Origin: Pseudomonadota bacterium
Lineage (GTDB): Bacteria; Pseudomonadota; Alphaproteobacteria; Paracaedibacterales; CAITNM01
Assembly (NCBI GenBank): GCA_046309815.1
Contig: JBKCOJ010000015.1
Location: 43-64,042 of the forward strand
DNA length: 64,000 nt
Reading direction: 5' to 3'
The stretch's first letter is position 1; each line of letters starts with the position of its first letter. The notes under the pieces are model-generated. The model was given only the letters and a program-made list of their open reading frames with translations. It did no database searches and was not told the DNA's origin. The translations under genes and the position numbers were made by a program. Shown in pieces: positions 1 to 6,776 of the stretch.

Positions 1-10
1 GTTATTATTT

Positions 11-25
11 ATAACAAAAGGTTAA
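11..25. promoter_or_regulatory. CtrA-like box (ATAA-N7-TTAA), possibly for a minus-strand gene starting just left of the window
   Basis: ataa-caaaagg-ttaa; nearly identical to the box at 2795-2809 (taacaaaa[a/g]gttaata). Confidence 0.35.
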
Positions 26-100
26 TAAGAAATACCAAACAAGTATTACTTCACGACAATACTTATTTTTTTATTTAAAATTAAAATGGTTATGCGGGAG

Positions 101-139
101 AAAAAAAGAATGCACTGTTTACTTTAGTAAACAGCGCAT
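101..139 (-). terminator. Rho-independent terminator of the 169..861 gene
   Basis: stem atgcactgtttac/gtaaacagcgcat (the one mismatch is a G-U pair on the minus strand), followed by a T7 tract on the minus strand. Confidence 0.75.
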
Positions 140-168
140 CTCAGGAAGGAAAGATTAGAATTTATTCT

Positions 169-861
169 TTATTTGTGTACTTTAGGGTCAAAGTGCATAT
201 CTGCGCCATTTCTAAGTACTATTGTAGCGCCATCTTCATAGCTCCATTTACCTGAAGCAGCAACATCACCTTCACCAACCGAAAGTCCGGAACCAAGCTC
301 TACTTTAGAATCAGCCGCAACAGCGATTGTCCCTGCGGGTAATTTATTGCTGAGCGATGCAACCTTCAAACCACCTGCTCCATTTACATTCACGTTACAT
401 GAGCTTGTTCTTGAATTCTTGGTTGTTGTGAATTGACCTGGACCATCAAGACTTAAATCATGAGATCCAGACACTAGACCTAAATTCACATCTGCATCTG
501 CTGTTACGGTGCCGTTAGCATCCATTGTTAGATCAGGAAGATCCATTGCGGCTATGGCTTCTAAGCTACGAGGCTTACCAGCACCATCCTCTGAAAAAGT
601 TACGAGATGAGGACCAAACGAATCAGGTGAAGCAGCCTGCACATTTCCAGATGTAATTTTTACTCGGCCTTCCACAGTACCGCTTAAAATACAATCATCG
701 CTACCATTTTGCCCGACAAAGTTAGCATGACCCTTAACAGTTGAAGCTAACTCTCCACCATCGGTAAATCTTATGACAATCTCAGGATCCGAAGCCGCTA
801 AAAAATTTGAAGAAGATAACATTCCAATGAAAAACAAAACGTTTTTATTAACATTTATCAT
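169..861 (-). CDS. secreted beta-solenoid-like hypothetical protein (paralog 1)
   Basis: 230 aa, N-terminal signal peptide, SD aaggag; G/A/S/D/V-rich; shares FxxGEL, GSxDC, GNVQ and LPxLxM motifs with neighbours. Confidence 0.8.
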   Translation of the reverse strand: MINVNKNVLFFIGMLSSSNFLAASDPEIVIRFTDGGELASTVKGHANFVGQNGSDDCILSGTVEGRVKITSGNVQAASPDSFGPHLVTFSEDGAGKPRSLEAIAAMDLPDLTMDANGTVTADADVNLGLVSGSHDLSLDGPGQFTTTKNSRTSSCNVNVNGAGGLKVASLSNKLPAGTIAVAADSKVELGSGLSVGEGDVAASGKWSYEDGATIVLRNGADMHFDPKVHK

Positions 862-918
862 TTATTTGCTCCTTATTTTAAATAAAAAAATATGTATTAT
901 TTTATAATACTTATTCTC

Positions 919-933
919 TTATAATGAGGTTAA
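919..933. promoter_or_regulatory. CtrA-like box upstream of paralog 1
   Basis: ttat-aatgagg-ttaa, 58 bp upstream of the ATG. Confidence 0.35.
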
Positions 934-1016
934 TAAAGATATAATTTTAAAAAAATAAAATTAATTATTTAATGAATATTTATTTAGATGATTATTGTGA
1001 ATTAATGTGTTTATAC

Positions 1017-1049
1017 AAAAATTCCCCAGTCAAATTCCTGACCGGGGAA
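1017..1049 (-). terminator. Rho-independent terminator of the 1061..1789 gene
   Basis: stem ttccccagtca/tgaccggggaa (G-U on minus strand) plus T tract. Confidence 0.75.
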
Positions 1050-1060
1050 ATATAAAAATT

Positions 1061-1789
1061 TTATCTAGCAGAAACTGGGACTCTCCAGATGCTATCAGAA
1101 CTCAAATTGATTTCGTTTGTTTTAACAGCACCTTGGAAAAGATTACTTCTAACTTCACCGAAACCATTAGCTACATAAAATGCTGCAGCAGTTAATGTTT
1201 TACCCGCAGAGTCATATTTATTTGGAGTGGTGCGAGGTGCACCTAGGTATACAGCGCCATTAAATGTGTTGTCAGCATTAGGAAGAACTGTTGTCGCAAT
1301 AAAGTGCGCACTTAAGTCTGGGCCCATCTCAAGACCACCAGTATATCCGCTTAAATCACCATCAAACGATACGCCTGTGCCTTCGCCGTCACCTAAAATC
1401 GTTAATTTACCATCACCATCAACAGCAGCTAATATTGCACTTTTATGAATAGTAATAGTGCCAGCAGTATCCATATGCAATGATGGAATTGTAACGTTAG
1501 TATTATCTTCTGCTGGATGCAGCTCATCATCAGCAAGAAGCTCCAATGTACCGCCACTCATTGCGATATCCCCGCCGAAACGATCCATATTATACACTTG
1601 CACATTGCCTGCGTGCAATTCTGCCTCGCCAGTAAGTGAACCTGTGAAAAGACAGTCACCCGAACCGTTAAAGATAATACCACCAGTAATTGGAGCATCA
1701 AGCTCACCGTTATTAAAATTATACTCAACAGCAGAGAAAGCGGTAGAAGTACCTAGTGCTGCAAGTAGCATTAGTTTGTGAATTTTCAT
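1061..1789 (-). CDS. secreted beta-solenoid-like hypothetical protein (paralog 2)
   Basis: 242 aa, signal peptide MKIHKLMLLAALGTSTAFS, SD aaggag; DLSGYTGG resembles an autotransporter passenger repeat. Confidence 0.85.
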   Translation of the reverse strand: MKIHKLMLLAALGTSTAFSAVEYNFNNGELDAPITGGIIFNGSGDCLFTGSLTGEAELHAGNVQVYNMDRFGGDIAMSGGTLELLADDELHPAEDNTNVTIPSLHMDTAGTITIHKSAILAAVDGDGKLTILGDGEGTGVSFDGDLSGYTGGLEMGPDLSAHFIATTVLPNADNTFNGAVYLGAPRTTPNKYDSAGKTLTAAAFYVANGFGEVRSNLFQGAVKTNEINLSSDSIWRVPVSAR

Positions 1790-1847
1790 TATAAACTCCT
1801 TTAGAAAAATTGTGTTTCCCTCTAAAGATGAGTGTAAATTTCTTTAT

Positions 1848-1862
1848 TTAAGATAAGATTAA
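1848..1862. promoter_or_regulatory. CtrA-like box upstream of paralog 2
   Basis: perfect ttaa-gataaga-ttaa, 59 bp upstream of the ATG. Confidence 0.45.
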
Positions 1863-1924
1863 TATTTTATATTAATAATTGATTTTTTTATGCCGAATTA
1901 TGAATTTTATATTTTATTTTGCGT

Positions 1925-1955
1925 AAAAAAATCCAGCCAGAAAAATCTGGCTGGA
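1925..1955 (-). terminator. Rho-independent terminator of the 1985..2728 gene
   Basis: perfect 10-bp stem tccagccaga/tctggctgga plus T7 tract on the minus strand. Confidence 0.8.
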
Positions 1956-1984
1956 AATTACAAACGCTAAATCATTAGCTAGGT

Positions 1985-2728
1985 TTAGAGTTCACCGTAA
2001 GTACCAACAATGAAACCTTGTGACCATTTTGTGCTACCAATGTTAATTGTGCTATTAGGAGTTACGTACATATCAGTAGCAGCAGCCAGGACACCAGCAT
2101 CAACATTCACACTAGCTGTTATGTTGTTAAACTGTAATTTATTACCAGAACCAGCACTAGCATGAGATGTAGGAGCTACACTTACAGTTGCTTCGCCACC
2201 AAATGTAGAAAGAGCAGCAACTGGGAATTTTGTAGCCGCAGCGATTTTTACAGCTGCAGAAGCATCAACTCCACCAGTGTTAGCGCTTAAGTCTTTTAAT
2301 GTGAATTCCGAACCAGTTAAAGTAACAAGAGCAGAACCTGAAAGAGCGTCTAAGTCTACATCAGCTGTTGCAGCAATTTCAGCAGCATCAGCATCAGCAA
2401 AAATTGGCTCAGGGCTAACGCTTACGTTTAGCTTAGAACCTGATTTTAATTCAATATGCTTACCTGAACCCACCAAACTAGCATTACTATAATCTGCAAC
2501 ACCATCTGCATCCAGAACAACGTGACCATCAGAGTGAGCAGATGACCCAAGAGTAATTTTAGCGTTCTCGCTAGTAGGGTGCAAAACAACTGCAGCTCCT
2601 GAAACGCCAGAAATAGCAGAATCCCACTCAGCACCGTCAGCAAAATTGATTGTTACATTATCGCCTACAGAAAAAGCTGTTGAAGAAGCAAGAGCAGCAA
2701 CTGCCAATAACATTTTTAAATTTTTCAT
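1985..2728 (-). CDS. secreted beta-solenoid-like hypothetical protein (paralog 3)
   Basis: 247 aa, signal peptide MKNLKMLLAVAALASSTAFS, SD aaggag; very Ala/Ser-rich; ATADVDLDALSG matches ADADVNLGLVSG in paralog 1; DLSANTGG. Confidence 0.85.
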   Translation of the reverse strand: MKNLKMLLAVAALASSTAFSVGDNVTINFADGAEWDSAISGVSGAAVVLHPTSENAKITLGSSAHSDGHVVLDADGVADYSNASLVGSGKHIELKSGSKLNVSVSPEPIFADADAAEIAATADVDLDALSGSALVTLTGSEFTLKDLSANTGGVDASAAVKIAAATKFPVAALSTFGGEATVSVAPTSHASAGSGNKLQFNNITASVNVDAGVLAAATDMYVTPNSTINIGSTKWSQGFIVGTYGEL

Positions 2729-2794
2729 TTTAATACTCCTTTAAGTAATAAAAAAATATAAATTGATAACAAAATATAATTTACGTTAATAACG

Positions 2795-2809
2795 TTAACA
2801 AAAAGTTAA
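2795..2809. promoter_or_regulatory. CtrA-like box upstream of paralog 3
   Basis: g-ttaa-caaaaag-ttaa; reads as the full TTAA-N7-TTAAC consensus on the minus strand, 67 bp upstream of the ATG. Confidence 0.5.
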
Positions 2810-3003
2810 TATACCGCAATAAAAGGGGTGTTTTATTTGCTATTATTGATACAAGCCGTTAACGCTATCAACAATTGTTATATTATTTGTTTCTGTTTAA
2901 TAAACAGTAAATATAATTAAATAAAAAAAAAATAATAAATACATATTATTTATGTATTTAATGTATATCCTCGCACTAGACCCTCACACCTGCTTCGCAC
3001 GCC

Positions 3004-3074
3004 AGGATGACAGAAGGGGAAAATACAGGCTTAGGATGAAGGAAAGGAAAAATACAGGATCAAGATGACAAGGA
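3004..3074. repeat. degenerate 29-bp tandem repeat (~2.4 copies), RPE/WPE-like GGATGAC ends
   Basis: aggatgacagaaggggaaaatacaggctt / aggatgaaggaaaggaaaaatacaggatc (23/29 identical) / aagatgacaagga. Confidence 0.6.
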
Positions 3075-3116
3075 ACGAGATCACGTTCGTACCAATGGGC
3101 AGTTAGCTCTCTCAAC

Positions 3117-3223
3117 GTCTCCCTGGAGCACAGCTCCCGTCATGGTCCAGTTCTATAATATCAATAGCTATGCACTGGACGTGTTCCCGTTCTTCAACGG
3201 GACTTCGTTTTCAACGGGGTGTC
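3117..3223. repeat. multi-hairpin palindromic element (REP/RPE-like)
   Basis: imperfect terminal IR gtctccctg...cggggtgtc enclosing hairpins ggagc/gctcc, gtccagt/actggac and tcccgtt/aacggga. Confidence 0.5.
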
Positions 3224-3245
3224 TATTTTTTATGTTACGGAGTAC

Positions 3246-3326
3246 CTACTGCAGGTTGCCAAATTGTGTGTGTTTGCCGTCGAAGAAGAGTTTGACAGCA
3301 CCAACAGGGCCTTGACATTTCTTAGC
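3246..3326 (-). pseudogene. dnaB: remnant of the 3' end of replicative helicase dnaB
   Basis: translates AKKCQGPVGAVKLFFDGKHTQFGNLQ*, matching the DnaB C-terminal AKQRHGPxGxVxLxFxxxxTxFxNL* motif with decay; no start codon or upstream homology. Confidence 0.7.
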
Positions 3327-3352
3327 TTTTTTGGAGCCAGTTGTGGAATTAT

Positions 3353-3385
3353 AAAAAAACCTCGATCAGAAAATCTGACCGAGGT
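3353..3385 (-). terminator. Rho-independent terminator of the 3409..4266 gene
   Basis: stem acctcgatcaga/tctgaccgaggt (G-U on minus strand) plus T7 tract. Confidence 0.8.
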
Positions 3386-3408
3386 CTAAAGCGAGGCATA
3401 ATAGTCAA

Positions 3409-4266
3409 TTAGTTAGCAACACCCGCACCTAAAATGTCACGATCCCAAACAACATTGTTACGTAACCATAGAGTAGAGTTGTTTTCGAACATCAAGGTAC
3501 CTGTGAATACATCACCTGCGTCACCTTGAGCTGGAATAGTTGTATTACCGGCAACTTCTAGAATAGCGCCATTTTCTACAACAACTGCACCAGGAGCTGC
3601 ACCAGCTGTAGCCGCAACAACTTCTAACAAACCACCGTCTTTTACTGTTGTTTGACCAGTTGTTAGCTTACTTAATGCTGAGGCACCAAAGTGTGTTTCA
3701 CCATAAACGTTGATAGGATTTGACGCAGTTGACAAATCAGCAGGAACAGTAACACCGATATAGTCAGGATCTGTAACATCACCTGAATACAAATTCAATG
3801 CACCACTACCGCAACCAAGGCCACTTATTGTTACAACTGTGTTGCTGTTAGCAATAACATAACCATCTGTTTGCATGTGCAAAGTAGGAAGTGTAATGTT
3901 GTGAAGATTATCATGTGCTGCCCCATTAGTTAGAACTTCTACCACTACATGATCACCGTCAACCACATCACCTTCTGGGGTTACATCAAATTTAATTGCT
4001 TGAGGCATTTCGTCAGTAGGCCCGTTAAATTGAGCTTTACCACCTTTAATTTTCAAACAAGTCATTCCTGATTCATTACCAGTAAATTTTACTGTACCGG
4101 CATATATCTTATGATAATTACCTGAGTACGCAGCACTGACCTCAGAAGATTCCCCACCATCAACACGGATGTTCATATGATCACCTTCACAAGCAGTCAT
4201 AGTATTGCAGTTTGATACCGCTATCAAAGAAAGCAAAGACAAACTTAATTTTTGAATTTTTCTCAT
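3409..4266 (-). CDS. secreted beta-solenoid-like hypothetical protein (paralog 4)
   Basis: start moved to ATG 4266 (SD aggaagg, signal peptide MRKIQKLSLSLLSLIAVS); DGGE; NITLPTLHM matches NVTIPSLHM in paralog 2; C-terminal LWLRNN matches IVLRNG in paralog 1. Confidence 0.8.
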   Translation of the reverse strand: MRKIQKLSLSLLSLIAVSNCNTMTACEGDHMNIRVDGGESSEVSAAYSGNYHKIYAGTVKFTGNESGMTCLKIKGGKAQFNGPTDEMPQAIKFDVTPEGDVVDGDHVVVEVLTNGAAHDNLHNITLPTLHMQTDGYVIANSNTVVTISGLGCGSGALNLYSGDVTDPDYIGVTVPADLSTASNPINVYGETHFGASALSKLTTGQTTVKDGGLLEVVAATAGAAPGAVVVENGAILEVAGNTTIPAQGDAGDVFTGTLMFENNSTLWLRNNVVWDRDILGAGVAN

Positions 4267-4336
4267 ATTTATTTTCCTTCCTAAATATTTTTGTTGAAAA
4301 TTCAATAAACCATTTGATTTATTAACATCTATCAAC

Positions 4337-4365
4337 TTAACGGATATTTATTAAGAAAAAGTGAA
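4337..4365. promoter_or_regulatory. two overlapping near-consensus CtrA-like boxes upstream of paralog 4
   Basis: ttaa-cggatat-ttat (4337-4351) and ttaa-gaaaaag-tgaa (4351-4365). Confidence 0.3.
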
Positions 4366-4632
4366 TATAAATTTAATAGAGATTTAATAAAATTTTTTTA
4401 TTTTTTTAGAAAAATGTCTTCTATTAATATTTGATTAAGAAATAGACATATCAAATACTTTGAATGCTCTTTTCTTAGGAAAATTTCTGTATCACTATGA
4501 ATCTGCGCGATTCTCGTATGCGAAAGCGTAAATATTCATTTTCATATGAAATTTTGCAATTATTATCGCTGTAAATAATTTTTTAATTACTTCATGAAAT
4601 AATTTAATTGCTAATTATAAATTTATGAATTC

Positions 4633-5196
4633 ATGATGCGACAATTATTTTTTGTATTGCTAATTATCTTGATGGGTACCGACGTGAAATTAGCAAGTGC
4701 TAGCCTTGAAGAAGGCGATGTTATTCTAGGTTCAGAAAGCCAACGACAAGCACATCCCGCCCCACCTTCAACTACAAGTTCTCAAATTAGTAGCCCTGCG
4801 CTTGAATTATTTAATAATGATTACGTAAGTAACGTTAGAGATTTGTTGAATGCTCGCTGGTTTTTTAGAAAAGTAGCAAACTGCAATGAAGCTGCCGGAA
4901 ATACATGCCTATATTGTAGCGCTGGGGCTCCAGCTGTTGCTGCGGCTATTAACCCTTTTTCCCTGCTAGCGTCACATGTTATTACTTGCTTTGGGTTAAG
5001 CGCTCTTGGCGTACACGTAACCCTTATCGGCATTGCAAAATGCAGTGCGCGCGAAGAAACAGAAAGAGAAGCACAACTTAGTGATTTAGCAAAAAGAGTA
5101 GGTTTTCAAGTCGTGTCCTTACAACCAACTATAACTGACGATAGCAATGATCAAGCACAGATTGGCGGTATTAGTCCACAGAATATGATACGATAA
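4633..5196 (+). CDS. hypothetical exported/membrane protein
   Basis: 187 aa ORF, hydrophobic N-terminus, Pro/Ser linker, Cys-containing hydrophobic hairpin. Confidence 0.65.
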   Translation: MMRQLFFVLLIILMGTDVKLASASLEEGDVILGSESQRQAHPAPPSTTSSQISSPALELFNNDYVSNVRDLLNARWFFRKVANCNEAAGNTCLYCSAGAPAVAAAINPFSLLASHVITCFGLSALGVHVTLIGIAKCSAREETEREAQLSDLAKRVGFQVVSLQPTITDDSNDQAQIGGISPQNMIR

Positions 5197-5259
5197 AAAT
5201 CAACGGCTTTTCTTTTGATAAAGCAATAAAGTAAGAAAAAAGTTAGTTTTTAAACGCCC

Positions 5260-6318
5260 TTATTGCAGAAATTTTTTAACAACATCGACTTCCTGAGGAG
5301 GTAGAGCCGGATATGTTATCGCATCTGGCGTTTGCGGCCATGACGTTGTAAGGTTTGCTTGCACAAGCTGATCAACAAATACTTTATGCATCGCATTCAT
5401 TGCATCGTTGTTATAAATAGCAGCTGGAAGCACGGAAAGAATTTCTGAAATGGAACTTGTGGATTCGCCCGGAACGATCATGAAGCCTTTATTCGCTTGT
5501 ATTATTTTTATAACAGCTTTTAGAGCTGAAGGTTGTCCAAACTGAAAATCGAAGAACTCAAAGTCTTTATCTTTTTCTAGACCTTTGTCTTTTAATACTC
5601 TTAAGAAAGCATTGGAGACAAAATCTAGCTTGCTGTTTTTATGCGCATTTGGGGCACGTCCTGTGCGCGGACCATTGGTGATGAGAAGCTTATATCCGGT
5701 ACGCTTTTGAAATTCAGCTATTTCTTCTGCTAATTTTTTTGCATTGCGCGTGCTAAATGTCTTCCAACCACCATTAGGTAGTTCGGCATCACCCGCTAAA
5801 ATAACACCAACCTTGGCATCGTTTAAACGAACAGCTGATGCATCTTCCTTTTCTAGTGCTTCAAAAGACATTGTATGTAGCACACCAAGTGTTGGCAGCA
5901 GGGTTAAGTGATTTTGCTGAGCAATATGTTGGATTTTTTCATCAATCGTGTGCTGAGGCATTGTGATATATATGTTGTGAAGGCTTTTCATTGAGTCAAA
6001 CCACTGGTGCACACACAGCAATACTTTTACGTGTTGAGGAACCTCTGACTTAGCTAAAGAGATACCAAATTGACCTGCCGTTATAATTGAACAAGGTTTA
6101 TTAAGATCTAAATCTTGTATCTTGGCGTTAGGTTTCTCAATGACATTTATTTCGGGATAGTTGGACGCGATTTCGTTAACAAGAGCGTTAATCATCGCCA
6201 TCTCACCAACTTTGCTTTTATCATAAACCGCGTATATCGTGTGGCGATCTTCATTATCTATTGATGCACATCCAATGAGTACAAAACCAAGAATAAGAGT
6301 AAGAATATTTTTAATCAT
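5260..6318 (-). CDS. ELM1/GtrOC1-family putative glycosyltransferase-like lipoprotein
   Basis: ITNGPRT and VPGESTSSISE resemble ELM1-family motifs; lipobox LIGC; SD gaggtg before ATG 6318. Confidence 0.6.
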   Translation of the reverse strand: MIKNILTLILGFVLIGCASIDNEDRHTIYAVYDKSKVGEMAMINALVNEIASNYPEINVIEKPNAKIQDLDLNKPCSIITAGQFGISLAKSEVPQHVKVLLCVHQWFDSMKSLHNIYITMPQHTIDEKIQHIAQQNHLTLLPTLGVLHTMSFEALEKEDASAVRLNDAKVGVILAGDAELPNGGWKTFSTRNAKKLAEEIAEFQKRTGYKLLITNGPRTGRAPNAHKNSKLDFVSNAFLRVLKDKGLEKDKDFEFFDFQFGQPSALKAVIKIIQANKGFMIVPGESTSSISEILSVLPAAIYNNDAMNAMHKVFVDQLVQANLTTSWPQTPDAITYPALPPQEVDVVKKFLQ

Positions 6319-6326
6319 AACACCTC

Positions 6327-6776
6327 TCACTTTTTATTGGGTTCTAAACTTTTTCCAAATCCTCCGAACACATCACGCATCACTGAACTTTCATAACCAG
6401 TGGTTGGCGTGCGTTCTTTTGATACTTTAACTTCTTCTCCTTGCACACCTTTTTGCTGTTCAAGTTCTCGCACAATGCCCTTTTCATCTAATACTACTTT
6501 TATGATCAATTGATCAACCACCTTAGGCATGAAAAAAGATGTTGTTTCCGTTTTGCGGTAAATGTAATACCAGTTGCTCCACTTCTTTCCCTCTACTGGG
6601 AATAAAGAAGTGGTGGATGGGCTGCCTAACACATCTTGGACTGTTTCTTGAGTGCTAACATCAACTTTGATTTTATCAACCTGTATTTCTTCGGGATTAA
6701 ATCCACGATGGTCAATGGTAGGGTAACAACCTGCCAAAATAAGGATCAGCATCCCTAACCAAAAATATGATCGCAT
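6327..6776 (-). CDS. bamE: outer membrane protein assembly factor BamE (SmpA/OmlA)
   Basis: lipobox LAGC; VQDVLGSPS and WYYI motifs. Confidence 0.9.
   Translation of the reverse strand: MRSYFWLGMLILILAGCYPTIDHRGFNPEEIQVDKIKVDVSTQETVQDVLGSPSTTSLFPVEGKKWSNWYYIYRKTETTSFFMPKVVDQLIIKVVLDEKGIVRELEQQKGVQGEEVKVSKERTPTTGYESSVMRDVFGGFGKSLEPNKK

Noticed and set aside
1007-2643. Short ORFs overlapping the array genes (1007-1195, 1227-1448, 1458-1781, 2277-2492, 2446-2643)
   Set aside because: Antisense or off-frame shadows of the real genes, with no SD or recognisable motifs.
2966-3350. Possible CRISPR array, tmRNA, RNase P RNA or group II intron
   Set aside because: No identical repeats with unique spacers, no cas genes, and no tag peptide/TPsiC arm, GAGGAAAGUCC or domain V motif.
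4267-4335. N-terminal extension MIDVNK... of paralog 4, resembling the paralog 1 start MINVNK
   Set aside because: The SD and signal peptide fit ATG 4266. The 17-nt similarity is AT-rich and probably chance or promoter sequence.
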